Under the pieces are notes generated by a model, which did no database searches, was not told the origin of the DNA, and saw only the letters and a list, made by a program, of their open reading frames with translations. This document shows positions 1 to 8,403 of a stretch of DNA of 25,966 nucleotides, one piece after another. Numbering within the stretch: position 1 is the first letter of the stretch; every line of letters begins with the position of its first letter. This DNA comes from a virus (lineage: Duplodnaviria; Caudoviricetes): the IMG/VR virus record IMGVR_UViG_3300005805_000424, positions 1-25,966 of that record. One strand, given 5' to 3'. The position numbers were made by a program, and so were the translations under genes.

Positions 1-298
1 ACGCACCAAATGCTGTGATCGTGGCACTTGTAAACGACAGATCAGCAAAGTCAGTGAAGGCCGTTGTGCCGCTAGAAGTTGGCGTCACGTTAACCAGTGT
101 GCCGCCGCCTGCTGCATAGGTGCCTGAGTTTGCTACTTCGTTTGTTACCGTATACGCAGTCGTAGCCGCAGTAAACGAGGCACTGTTGTCATACATTGCA
201 AGCTTAAAAGTATCGCCACCCGCAGTGCGAAAGTCGTGTACACCCTCCAAGATTTGCACCTTGAAGCTTGTACACATGAAATTTCCCGTAAATGCCAT
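1..298 (-). CDS. Virion structural protein (partial, runs off left edge)
   Basis: Not in the ORF track. ATG at 298, just after the stop of the upstream gene, reads MAFTGNFMCTSFKVQILEGVHDFRTAGGDTFKLAMYDNSASFTAATTAYT... with no stop to the edge; Thr/Ala/Gly-rich, as in tail/structural proteins. Confidence 0.75.
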   Translation of the reverse strand, partial: MAFTGNFMCTSFKVQILEGVHDFRTAGGDTFKLAMYDNSASFTAATTAYTVTNEVANSGTYAAGGGTLVNVTPTSSGTTAFTDFADLSFTSATITAFGA

Positions 299-299
299 T

Positions 300-587
300 T
301 TATTCCCCTAAAAGATGTACCAAATCAGGATATCCAGCTTCGCGCAACTTGTGTGCAATGGTTGCGCGGTCCTGAATTACCGCTTGCTGCAGGTAAAACA
401 ATCCAATCTGCTTCACAGCCGCCTGAAATGCAATTGCTTGATCACGAATAACAGGATGGCTGTTGCCGCCTACGTAAACAATCTTGTCCACCATGTGTTG
501 AGCAAGCTCCTCGGGCGTGTGCCCGCGGCCACTCGTCGTGGCGACAGTCACTTTGTTCAACAAAACAGGTGCTTGAGCTATATTCAT
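300..587 (-). CDS. Hypothetical phage protein (95 aa)
   Basis: 4-nt ATGA overlap with the upstream gene; GGAG-type RBS for the next gene at its 3' end; co-oriented in the structural operon. Confidence 0.75.
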   Translation of the reverse strand: MNIAQAPVLLNKVTVATTSGRGHTPEELAQHMVDKIVYVGGNSHPVIRDQAIAFQAAVKQIGLFYLQQAVIQDRATIAHKLREAGYPDLVHLLGE

Positions 588-1240
588 GGTCCAGGTGTGT
601 CTGATTTAAGTTGAATACGCACCATTCCGTCTCTGTACTCATCGCGACGGCGACGTCCTTGTTGCTCAATGCCCAGACCCTGAACAGCCTGCTTATAGCT
701 ATTTTCAAAGTACGTCAGCATCTCCAACGGTCCCTTAGTATAACTGTATGCTTGGATTAAACACGCATAAAAAAGCGCTTCAGGCGCATTTGTGCTGATC
801 CAAGTCGTGGGCGTTGCAGGAGAAAGTTGTGCAGGGCGGTAAATGTACCCAAGTTCAACAGAAAAGTTTGCATTTGGCGTGGGCGCCACGTAAAACGTGT
901 TTTGATCCCACACCGAATAATATTTTGGCGTGTTTGTAGTAGCACCGTTTGGCCAATACTCTTTCATAAAAGAAGTATCACGGAAATCCAAGAAAATTTG
1001 ATTGGTGCCTGACGTAATCATCATGTAGCGATGCGTCAAAATGTCCGAAGGCGCAGTCAGAAACTTGTTCCCGCTTGTCATGTTGCCCGCAACTTCAAGC
1101 TTAAAGACATCCAAGTCAATATCACGCAAAATCCGGTTCTCGGCAAGCGTAATGAACGTGTTAATCACCGAGGTTGAAAAGACGTTAGCGTCCACCTCAG
1201 TGTAATTGCGGATGTTCGTGACTAATTCGTCATATGTCAT
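584..1240 (-). CDS. Putative head-tail adaptor / tail tubular protein (218 aa)
   Basis: N-terminal 'TYDELVTNIRNY...FITLAENRI.RD', central 'PKYY', C-terminal 'PEALFYACL..AY.Y.K' pattern typical of podophage adaptor proteins; position after the capsid module. Confidence 0.6.
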   Translation of the reverse strand: MTYDELVTNIRNYTEVDANVFSTSVINTFITLAENRILRDIDLDVFKLEVAGNMTSGNKFLTAPSDILTHRYMMITSGTNQIFLDFRDTSFMKEYWPNGATTNTPKYYSVWDQNTFYVAPTPNANFSVELGYIYRPAQLSPATPTTWISTNAPEALFYACLIQAYSYTKGPLEMLTYFENSYKQAVQGLGIEQQGRRRRDEYRDGMVRIQLKSDTPGP

Positions 1241-1587
1241 GTTGTCACCACTGTAACTTTTCCAACGGAGCTTACCCCAACAATATCTTTAGAGGGGGGA
1301 TAAGGCTGCATGTTCGTGCCACCATTCGCACTACCTAAACTCTGAAATGCAGTAAATCCTGGCGCCCCAACAAACACAGACATCGGCTCGATACGGTCTG
1401 GGCGCGGATCACGTAGCGCAATGGAGTCGCCTCGATACTTTAAAGGCTCAAGTTGCGGCTCTTTTGGCTCGTAATCCTCTGGGCAAACCATGAAACCACG
1501 CCAGTTCTTGCGCAAAACATTGTACGAGTAACGCTGACCACAGTAATCACAGAGGCCGTAGGAGAATTTGCCCGTTGCGAAAGCCAT
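1237..1587 (-). CDS. Conserved phage protein with Cys cluster (116 aa)
   Basis: CDYCG...W.G.MVCPEDYEPKEPQL motif; translationally coupled to its neighbours. Confidence 0.7.
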   Translation of the reverse strand: MAFATGKFSYGLCDYCGQRYSYNVLRKNWRGFMVCPEDYEPKEPQLEPLKYRGDSIALRDPRPDRIEPMSVFVGAPGFTAFQSLGSANGGTNMQPYPPSKDIVGVSSVGKVTVVTT

Positions 1588-1588
1588 C

Positions 1589-2254
1589 TTAGAACCCTAA
1601 GTCAGGGACAAAATGCACACTCGCAGTATCACGGTCAGCAAGTGCTGCACGTTGGAAATCCTCTTCGTAAATCTGCTTCAAAGGACCGGTGCGCTCAGGA
1701 GCGTATTTCAATGACAACATGTAAGCCAAGCCGCTTGCCAAACAAGGCAAGAACCTGAAGTTTACGTCTGCCGTATTGGTGTAAGCTCCCGCATCTTCAA
1801 TGCGTCGTATACGGTAGTAAACAAGGGTATAGTTTTGATCAGACGCAGGATACAAGTAAACCGTCGTAGGATTAGCGCGCTGTACGTAATACTGCGAAGG
1901 ACGCGCTTGTGTCGTCTTATCCGGCACGTTTAAGTACTCTTCACGACTGATTCGATCAATCGTAATGTCCGTGCTAGGACCCGAGTTGCTCAAGCGAACA
2001 ACCGCAGACAAGACGTTGACGGTGTCAGAAGCAAGAACCAATTCCCGCGAACCCTGAACAAGAGGAAATGTCGCTTCCTCAATAGTCCATAGGTTTAACC
2101 CTCGGCTTGCCCAGTCTAAAAACAACAAATTCAAAGAACGACGCGCACTCGTCAACTGATAACCATTGGTCATCCTGATCCCGCAGCGCTCAAAACTTTC
2201 CTCTATCAGATCATCAATCTGTAGGTTAAAGTCAGTCGTTCCTGAAGTTGCCAT
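1589..2254 (-). CDS. Putative head-tail connector / tail tubular protein A-like (221 aa)
   Basis: 'IEESFERCG...SARRSLNLLFLDWASRGLNLW' and 'RFLPCLASGLAY.LS.K' motifs; location in the structural operon. Confidence 0.6.
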   Translation of the reverse strand: MATSGTTDFNLQIDDLIEESFERCGIRMTNGYQLTSARRSLNLLFLDWASRGLNLWTIEEATFPLVQGSRELVLASDTVNVLSAVVRLSNSGPSTDITIDRISREEYLNVPDKTTQARPSQYYVQRANPTTVYLYPASDQNYTLVYYRIRRIEDAGAYTNTADVNFRFLPCLASGLAYMLSLKYAPERTGPLKQIYEEDFQRAALADRDTASVHFVPDLGF

Positions 2255-2442
2255 TATTTAACCATCCCGCCTTTTTTGAGCTTCTTGCCCATGGCCATGC
2301 GCTTGTGTTGATTAACAGCACCTCCATTTTTCATCATTACAGGACCCGTAGTCTGCGAAGTTTCCTTCAGCATCTTGTTCCGAGGACCCGTTCCAACCGC
2401 TCCGCCGCCTTTAGTTGCAGCACCCATTCCACGTCCGGCCAT
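2254..2442 (-). CDS. Small basic Gly/Lys/Met-rich protein (62 aa)
   Basis: Start re-called to ATG 2442 (MAGRGMGAATKGGG...), preceded by AAGGA RBS; avoids the overlap with the 2465-2707 gene. Confidence 0.7.
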   Translation of the reverse strand: MAGRGMGAATKGGGAVGTGPRNKMLKETSQTTGPVMMKNGGAVNQHKRMAMGKKLKKGGMVK

Positions 2443-2464
2443 GATTATTTCCTTTAATAGTTGT

Positions 2465-2707
2465 TTACGTAATCTTTCTGAAGGGTTTGACTTTTGCGCT
2501 AATTTTTTTCGGTTGTGCCACAAACTGCTTTCCTGCTGCCTTGCCCTTTCGTTTTGCACGCGTAGTAGCGGCATACTCAGCGGGGCTCAAAGCCTTAATC
2601 GCAGCCTTTGGAAGGTATCTCTCACCCGTCTCAGAAGACTTTTTGCCAGACTTGGTTTGCCAATCCGCGTCGCCCCAAGACTTCAACGATTTTTGCGGAG
2701 CTTTCAA
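2465..2707 (-). CDS. DUF5872-like basic protein, C-terminal-half homologue (80 aa)
   Basis: 'QKSLKSWGDADWQTKSG...ERYLPKAA...LSPAEYAAT.RAKR.G...GKQFV' motif; TTG start overlaps the TGA of the upstream gene. Confidence 0.6.
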   Translation of the reverse strand: MKAPQKSLKSWGDADWQTKSGKKSSETGERYLPKAAIKALSPAEYAATTRAKRKGKAAGKQFVAQPKKISAKVKPFRKIT

Positions 2708-2991
2708 TCTCGATAACCTCCGCCTTTTTCTTTATACCTCTTGGCCAATAACTGTGCCTTGCGCCCGCTCCACTGACCCGCGCCCGTGCCCTGTACCGCG
2801 GAAGCTTTTATGCTGCTAAACAAGCGCTTGCGCATTCCAGGTTTGGTGTAGTTACCCGACTCGTTGACTTTGGACTTGGCTTCGCCGCCTTTTGCATACG
2901 CCGAAACATCCAAGTCATCTGAACGAGACTTTGCCTTACCCTTTGGCATTTTGGAAGCTAAAATCACACCCATTCCGCGACAAGTTTTCAT
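2704..2991 (-). CDS. Basic protein, DUF5872-associated N-terminal-half homologue (95 aa)
   Basis: 'YTKP.MRKRL...IKA....G..AGQWSGRKAQLLAKRYKEKGGGY' motif. Confidence 0.65.
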   Translation of the reverse strand: MKTCRGMGVILASKMPKGKAKSRSDDLDVSAYAKGGEAKSKVNESGNYTKPGMRKRLFSSIKASAVQGTGAGQWSGRKAQLLAKRYKEKGGGYRD

Positions 2992-3008
2992 GGCAATGCC
3001 TTTTAAAC

Positions 3009-3043
3009 ACAGCCCTGTCAGAATAACTTACAGGGCTGTTTTT
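3009..3043. terminator. Intergenic hairpin, possible terminator or processing stem
   Basis: ACAGCCCTGT (3009-3018) / ACAGGGCTGT (3030-3039) perfect 10-bp stem, T-run follows on the + strand. Confidence 0.5.
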
Positions 3044-3047
3044 GTCA

Positions 3048-3302
3048 TTACTTTTTACCCTTAGCACCGCCTGAAGCAGCGCCTTTTTTCATCATGCCGC
3101 CGCTTGCCATCATCTTTGACTTTGCCATGCCGCCTTTAGCCATTTTACCCACGCCGTCGGCCGCAAATGCAGGAACTTTTTTACCATTCTTTTCGACCAT
3201 TTTCATGGCGCCAGTTGTAGCTTCTTTTTTCTTAACAGCACCGCCCGCAGCGTAGCCTTTTTTCATCATGCCGCCAGACGCCATCATCTTTGAGTTCATC
3301 AT
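3048..3302 (-). CDS. Low-complexity Met/Lys/Gly/Ala protein with repeated xAxGG motifs (84 aa)
   Basis: SKMMASGGMMKKG occurs twice; GGAG RBS upstream. Confidence 0.7.
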   Translation of the reverse strand: MMNSKMMASGGMMKKGYAAGGAVKKKEATTGAMKMVEKNGKKVPAFAADGVGKMAKGGMAKSKMMASGGMMKKGAASGGAKGKK

Positions 3303-3307
3303 TTTTA

Positions 3308-3973
3308 CTACTCCTTGTACAAATTATTAAATGTTTGCGTAGGGTCCATGTACGAGTCATCCTGCTCGGCACAATGAATCCACTGATTAGGTCTAAAATC
3401 TGGCGCACCTTTGCCAGTTACCCAGTATGCAGGGCTGGTGACCCTTACCCGATTATTTGGTAATGCAACCATATTACCTGTCCACTTCCCTGCATCCGTC
3501 AGAATTAACACATGGCTTTGTTTATGCTGTGAGGGGTCTTCCGACACTTCGCTCTCCGCATAATCTACCGTAAACAGGTATCTGCCTGTGAAGAATTCGT
3601 TGTTTATCTTGCATATCCAAGGCGAGGGCTTTGCCCGCTCTAGGCTAATGATTGAATGGTTGTATGAGTTGCAATCCCAAGGCTGCGACAAGTGGTTAAG
3701 CATCCGCTCTGGCCAGTTCTCTAGCGGAATATCTCCCACCAGTGCCGCCAAGGGCATTCTTGCCCACATCGCTCCGCCATGCACATTCTCTTGACTGCCG
3801 TCATCCGCTTCGCAACCAGTAAAAATGACCTGAAAGCTTAAACTGCGATCAGGAATGGTTGTAACGGCCACCGCCAATGCATGAATAAACTCACCCTGGT
3901 ATTTCTGGTGCCCATTGGTAAACTCTTTTCTTACCCAGCACTTAAAATACGGGATGTTACTGGTCAAGTACAT
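3308..3973 (-). CDS. Conserved hypothetical phage protein (221 aa)
   Basis: Start re-called to ATG 3973 (MYLTSNIPYFKCWVRKEF), 1 nt after the upstream stop; globular with motifs GGAMWARMP, QPWDC, QHKQSH, ALPNNRVR. Confidence 0.75.
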   Translation of the reverse strand: MYLTSNIPYFKCWVRKEFTNGHQKYQGEFIHALAVAVTTIPDRSLSFQVIFTGCEADDGSQENVHGGAMWARMPLAALVGDIPLENWPERMLNHLSQPWDCNSYNHSIISLERAKPSPWICKINNEFFTGRYLFTVDYAESEVSEDPSQHKQSHVLILTDAGKWTGNMVALPNNRVRVTSPAYWVTGKGAPDFRPNQWIHCAEQDDSYMDPTQTFNNLYKE

Positions 3974-3974
3974 G

Positions 3975-4244
3975 TCAACACTTCCAACGCTTAAGCGCGG
4001 CTGCCTTACGGGTGGGGCGACCCTTTTCATCCTTCATCGGACCCGCCATTCCGCTAAATCTTGCGCAGAAAGATTTTTTACGTGCCGCATCTTTTGGCGT
4101 TTTGGGGTTGGGAGCCGGCGCTTTTAAATTAGAGCCCGTTGCCGCATTCATTTTGGCTCGACCCTTGGCAGTTAGTCCCGCCCCCTTGGATACAGGCAAC
4201 TTCTCCCCGCGTCCAACAGACAGAGAGGGGGTTTTCTTAGCCAT
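3975..4244 (-). CDS. DUF6321-like basic protein (89 aa)
   Basis: 'GLTAKGRAK.N...GSNLKAP...RKKSFCAR..G......KAAALKRWKC' motif. Confidence 0.65.
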   Translation of the reverse strand: MAKKTPSLSVGRGEKLPVSKGAGLTAKGRAKMNAATGSNLKAPAPNPKTPKDAARKKSFCARFSGMAGPMKDEKGRPTRKAAALKRWKC

Positions 4245-4546
4245 TACGCAGCAGCGCCGCCAACAAACAGTAGCGTCACACTAGTAATTTCTGCGCTGCT
4301 CAACGTGATGTGAATGCCATCAGGAAACAAGATTCCATTGTCTGGAATAATCATGTCCTGAGATCCTGCCACAGCAGGAGAAGTCATTGTCATCAGCGTT
4401 GTGCCCGATGCGCCGCCGCTTTTCAGCGTAATGGTGGCGGGGGTAACCGTGTGGGTAAAATACATTCCAGCAAGACGTGAACGACCATTAACCGCTTGGC
4501 TGGTTGCAGTCTTGCTGACCGCCGAGATATCGCTTGCAAAGCTCAT
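4244..4546 (-). CDS. Small beta-rich virion protein (100 aa)
   Basis: 'IPDNGILFPDGIHI' motif, GGAG RBS, TAATG coupling to the next gene. Confidence 0.7.
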   Translation of the reverse strand: MSFASDISAVSKTATSQAVNGRSRLAGMYFTHTVTPATITLKSGGASGTTLMTMTSPAVAGSQDMIIPDNGILFPDGIHITLSSAEITSVTLLFVGGAAA

Positions 4547-4555
4547 AAGTAGCTC

Positions 4556-4714
4556 CTACTGTTCTTGCGTTTCTTCTGGCGCTTCTAAGCGATTGATAAG
4601 CATTTGATAGGCCGCAACAGTTGCTTTGGATTGAAGGAGGAAGACTTCAGCCTTCCCCGCCTCTTTCTGCAACTCGGCAATCTCTGCTTCCAGAAATTCC
4701 TTGGTAATCTGCAT
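4556..4714 (-). CDS. Small acidic coiled-coil protein (52 aa), missing from the ORF track
   Basis: MQITKEFLEAEIAELQKEAGKAEVFLLQSKATVAAYQMLINRLEAPEETQEQ; TAATG coupling at 4716-4712; fills the intergenic gap. Confidence 0.75.
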   Translation of the reverse strand: MQITKEFLEAEIAELQKEAGKAEVFLLQSKATVAAYQMLINRLEAPEETQEQ

Positions 4715-5292
4715 TATGTATTCGTTGTGGTCAACATAATGTAGTAAGCAGTGCCAGCGCTGTCCACAATCTTCAATGAGTTTGTAGCAGCGCCCTGCGT
4801 ATTTGCCGTTACCATCGCAGAAGGAACATTAAACAAGTTAGCAACCGTACCCGATCCACTGTTCGTAAAACGAATAAACGAAGCGTTAGTCCAAGTGCCG
4901 CCAGACGCAAAATCAGAGTCAGCTTGAATAGCTGCGATTGTGCCGCCAGGGTTTGTAGATGTGCCACCCAATGTAGCGCGAAGCGCGTTACCAGCACCAG
5001 AAATAGTGCCTGAACCATTAATGGACAAGCTAACGTGAGCACCGTTAATTGTGCCGCCTGTTGCGCCGCCTACGCCTGTCACTCTGGTCAAGGCGCGGAT
5101 TGTTTCACCGGAACCTGTTGAAGTGAATGTTAAGCGGGAGTAATTTAAACGCGTATCGCCGGTTGTAGCCGAAGAAGTTGCGTAAGCGGAGTCAATGTTT
5201 TGAGCGGTAGTTACAACAATAGGGTCAGTGTCTGTGCCAGAAACAAAACCGTTAAGCGATTTGACTGGGCCGCTGAATGTGGTCAATGCCAT
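4714..5292 (-). CDS. Putative capsid decoration / head fibre protein (192 aa)
   Basis: N-terminal MALTTFSGPVKSLNGF followed by Thr/Gly/Ser-rich beta sequence; first gene after the major capsid; AAGGA RBS. Confidence 0.6.
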   Translation of the reverse strand: MALTTFSGPVKSLNGFVSGTDTDPIVVTTAQNIDSAYATSSATTGDTRLNYSRLTFTSTGSGETIRALTRVTGVGGATGGTINGAHVSLSINGSGTISGAGNALRATLGGTSTNPGGTIAAIQADSDFASGGTWTNASFIRFTNSGSGTVANLFNVPSAMVTANTQGAATNSLKIVDSAGTAYYIMLTTTNT

Positions 5293-5304
5293 GATAATTC
5301 CTTG

Positions 5305-5380
5305 TATATGCAGTACTTCGCCTTATAGTCTCTGCATCGTCCGCTGGGGCGGTCTATAAGGCTGGAGGTTCCCAGATTTA
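5305..5380 (-). ncRNA. Structured RNA downstream of the gpT-like capsid gene (candidate Mu-gpT-DE motif)
   Basis: Perfect 9-bp stem GCCUUAUAG/CUAUAAGGC enclosing a CCGC/GCGG hairpin; two pseudoknot-compatible pairings (CUGGG:CCCAG, AUGCAG:CUGCAU). Name suggested by genomic context only. Confidence 0.6.
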
Positions 5381-5385
5381 CATCA

Positions 5386-5413
5386 ATCATAACCTATACA
5401 ACAATAAATGCAA
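5386..5413 (-). promoter_or_regulatory. sigma70-like promoter
   Basis: TTGCAT (5413-5408) - 16 nt - TATGAT (5391-5386), just after the capsid terminator and about 6 nt before the structured RNA. Confidence 0.55.
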
Positions 5414-5416
5414 GCA

Positions 5417-5450
5417 CAAAAGAAAAACCCCGCCTTTTGGGCGGGGTTTT
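5417..5450 (-). terminator. Rho-independent terminator of the major capsid gene
   Basis: Minus strand AAAACCCCGCC-CAAAA-GGCGGGGTTTT then TCTTTT, about 20 nt after the stop codon. Confidence 0.9.
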
Positions 5451-5469
5451 AACTTAACTATCGAAATAG

Positions 5470-6378
5470 TTAAGGCGTTCCGGGTGAACCGAAAATTCCT
5501 CTGGCGTCGCTAAAGCCAAACGAGTACCGTTCGCGTGCCTTGTAGCGCACGTTACCTGTATCGAAATCGCCCTCAAAACCAGTCTTGATATTGACGCGCT
5601 CAAACATCTTCATGCCGTTAGGGGCATCGGTGAGGATGAAGAATGCATCAGGATCTGTCAGGTAATGGTTGACAGAGTAGCCTTGGGGAACCATGCCCAT
5701 GTTGCGGATAGCGTTGATGTCGTTATCTGCAGTACCAACACGCAGAGTTGACTTCAAGATGCGATCTGCAGTGAACTGGAGTTCCTTAGGAACAACCAAC
5801 TTCAAACCCTGAACAGCGATCTTCAAGCCACGCTCGTCCGTGAAGGCGGCGATGTCAATCAGAGCTTGCTCAAGTGAAGTTTCTGTCAAGTCAGCAGGAG
5901 TAGCGAGCTCGTTTTTGAGGTCTGGGCCGCCCAGTGTTGGGTGATCCAAAGCGCAAAGAGGCTTGCCGTCACCACCGATGGAGGTTGTGAAAGCACCATT
6001 CAGAACAGCCGCAGCTTTAATCTGTTTGGTTGTAGCCATTGAGCGAGCAAGAGCCTTGGTGTAACGGGCTGCAAGACGGTCGTAGAGGTTGTCCTCGACG
6101 GCTTCCTCGGTCAGCGAGAACGCCAATGCAATCGTTTCGTGTGTGTAGCGCGCTGTGTAGACTTCTTGTGCTTGGTCGTACGAGACGCCAGCACCTTCGT
6201 TCTTCACAGGAGCTTCACCGAAACCGGAGAGCATAACTTCCTCTTCAAAAGCACGATCAGAGGATTCGATATCATATATCTCTTCATGCTCTTTATCGTA
6301 GTTTTTGTACTCAAGACCAAACAAGGCGTTAAGACCTGGCTCAAGTTCCTTTACTAGTTGTGCGCGTGAGATAGCCAT
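5470..6378 (-). CDS. Major capsid protein (Mu gpT-like family, 302 aa)
   Basis: MAISRAQLVKELEPGLNALFG start, 'SDRAFEEEV.LSGFG.AP.K.EG', 'LVVPKEL', terminal 'RYKARERYSFG.SD.RGIFGSPG'; followed by a strong terminator. Confidence 0.9.
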   Translation of the reverse strand: MAISRAQLVKELEPGLNALFGLEYKNYDKEHEEIYDIESSDRAFEEEVMLSGFGEAPVKNEGAGVSYDQAQEVYTARYTHETIALAFSLTEEAVEDNLYDRLAARYTKALARSMATTKQIKAAAVLNGAFTTSIGGDGKPLCALDHPTLGGPDLKNELATPADLTETSLEQALIDIAAFTDERGLKIAVQGLKLVVPKELQFTADRILKSTLRVGTADNDINAIRNMGMVPQGYSVNHYLTDPDAFFILTDAPNGMKMFERVNIKTGFEGDFDTGNVRYKARERYSFGFSDARGIFGSPGTP

Positions 6379-6380
6379 GA

Positions 6381-6959
6381 TTAGGTTCCTTGTCCAATAA
6401 CACCAGCACTGCCGTAGAGGTGTTCGTTAATCTTCACCACGACAACTGCATTGGTGCCGAACTCATTGCCTGGGACGTTGTACAAGCCAACAATCTTCAG
6501 GTTCAGTGCGGCGGTCTTTGCAGGGGTACCAGCCAATTCCATGCCAGAAACACCAGTCGTAGCGTTGCCCGTGCCAATCGACACATCAGCGTTCCAGCCG
6601 ACATGTGCCTGTGTGACGCTAGACGCAGCTTGAATGATGAACAACTGACTTGGATCGTCAATGACGTCAGCTTGGATTGTGCCAATGGTGACATTGACGC
6701 TACCTGGATAGTAGTTTTTCCAAGTTGGCTTGTTTGTGGTTGGATCGTTGTAGAAACAACCGTTAAACACGCCCACTGCTGCGGTATGTGTTGCGGGGTC
6801 AAATTGGACCAAGTAACCATTATAAACAGTTACTAAGTCACCTTGGTAAATTGCGCCAGCTTGGTTATCTTCAATTGCGTAACCATACTGCTTCTGTCCA
6901 CCAGTAGCAGAAAGGTTACCAAGAGCTTTTAGACCAAAAGGCTTATCGACGTTTGCCAT
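6381..6959 (-). CDS. Putative capsid cement / minor capsid protein (192 aa)
   Basis: MANVDKPFGL...IYQGDLV...VGVFNGCFY...V.DDP..LF.IQ...VKINEH pattern; directly upstream of the major capsid gene. Confidence 0.65.
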   Translation of the reverse strand: MANVDKPFGLKALGNLSATGGQKQYGYAIEDNQAGAIYQGDLVTVYNGYLVQFDPATHTAAVGVFNGCFYNDPTTNKPTWKNYYPGSVNVTIGTIQADVIDDPSQLFIIQAASSVTQAHVGWNADVSIGTGNATTGVSGMELAGTPAKTAALNLKIVGLYNVPGNEFGTNAVVVVKINEHLYGSAGVIGQGT

Positions 6960-6978
6960 TTTGTAAGTCCTTTAAGGG

Positions 6979-7461
6979 TTATTCGGCGTCCTTAGAGCCG
7001 CCGAAGGATACTTTTGTCTGCCGTTCTGGACGGTTGATTTTCATTGACGAGTGTGCATTCGTCTTCAACAGTTCATTATCAACAGATTTTAATTGGTCGT
7101 GTGTTCGCGCAGCGTAATATGCTTTGCGCTCTTCCGCTGTTTCATCAGGGATCTTAGCCAGCAATAGACCTCCCACGCCGATTACACCGGCATGTCGGCC
7201 ATCTTCTACCGAAGGTGACTGAAAATCGGGGTGCTCGTCGGCGCGAACCAACTCATACCCTTCACGGAGTTTTGACGAGACGTTAATCCGGTCATCAGAT
7301 CCGTTGACTTCAGCTCTAATCCAGCGGTGCCGGAAGCCCTCTGGTGCGGGGGGCGCATCCAAGCGTGACGGTGGAGCCCATGGTTTACGGCGCGTATCCT
7401 TCTCACGTGTTTCCATCGCGCGAGGGGTACGATTCAGTTTTGGCACGTTAATTTCACTCAT
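6979..7461 (-). CDS. Conserved head-module protein (160 aa)
   Basis: 'W.PPS.LDAPPAPEGFRHRWIR...N.S.KLREGYELVR...GVIGVGGLLLAKIP' motif; AGGAG RBS. Confidence 0.75.
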   Translation of the reverse strand: MSEINVPKLNRTPRAMETREKDTRRKPWAPPSRLDAPPAPEGFRHRWIRAEVNGSDDRINVSSKLREGYELVRADEHPDFQSPSVEDGRHAGVIGVGGLLLAKIPDETAEERKAYYAARTHDQLKSVDNELLKTNAHSSMKINRPERQTKVSFGGSKDAE

Positions 7462-7464
7462 GGC

Positions 7465-8391
7465 TTACTCCTTGACATACTTGGCATATTCCTCAAGAGG
7501 AACACCTAGTTTTTTAGCTATCGCAACCTGGCTCGGACTTAACCGGACAGTGCGGCGTGCGGAACTATTAACTCCCGAAGATCGGGTGGCAGGCGCAACC
7601 GTTTGCACGGGCCGGTTGGCTCTGGAATTTTGCGTCGCATTGGAATTGTTCCCGCCAGAAAACTTCTGTGGAAACGCCTCACGAACACGGCGATCTAACT
7701 CATCATAATACTCATCGGACGTGGGGTCAAATCTTTCTGCTTGAACCAACTGAATATGAATTCCACGCGCCGCAGCCGTCATCGGCACATCACGCCCAAA
7801 CCACTCATTGCGTTCTGCCCAGTCTTCTGCACGTGGGTCAGGCTGTGCGCGAGACTGCTGTACTGCAGCCTGTTGTTGTCTGTAGGCAGCTTGTTGTTGT
7901 TGTGCAACAGTCTGCGCCCTTCGATGCTCTTCAGCATCCGCAACACGGCGCTGATCATACAGAATATTGGACAATCGCTCTTGTGCCTCAATTTCCGTAT
8001 CAGTATCGCCCTCTTCCCGCGCTTTTTTAATGATTTGGCGTAAAGTATGCGCCTCGGTATCAATTCGACTGCGCGTCTGGACTAAACGCTCGGCATCTGT
8101 GTGCTGGAACTGTTGTTCTAGTTGCTCTACACGTTGCTGTACGCTTTTTGCGTAGTTAATAGCCGTTTCTTCTCGACGCTGCGTCTCCCGTAACCGAGCC
8201 GTCAGTTTGTCAATCCGTTTTTTAACCTTGTCCCCGTATTCCTCTAGCTCGCTAGACTCTTGCGAAGACTCTACCGAAACCTGAGGGGGTTGCTCCTCGT
8301 CTTTTAATACCGAATTTTTGCCGTCTTCGCTCACTTCGACCGTAGCAGGCTGTTCGTCTTCGCCAATATTATATTCAAGCTGTTCATTCAT
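7465..8391 (-). CDS. Putative scaffolding protein (308 aa)
   Basis: Acidic N-terminus, long coiled coil, C-terminal 'VRLSPSQVAIAKKLGVPLEEYAKY'; between portal and capsid genes. Confidence 0.65.
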   Translation of the reverse strand: MNEQLEYNIGEDEQPATVEVSEDGKNSVLKDEEQPPQVSVESSQESSELEEYGDKVKKRIDKLTARLRETQRREETAINYAKSVQQRVEQLEQQFQHTDAERLVQTRSRIDTEAHTLRQIIKKAREEGDTDTEIEAQERLSNILYDQRRVADAEEHRRAQTVAQQQQAAYRQQQAAVQQSRAQPDPRAEDWAERNEWFGRDVPMTAAARGIHIQLVQAERFDPTSDEYYDELDRRVREAFPQKFSGGNNSNATQNSRANRPVQTVAPATRSSGVNSSARRTVRLSPSQVAIAKKLGVPLEEYAKYVKE

Positions 8392-8403
8392 CTCTAGTAC
8401 CCC

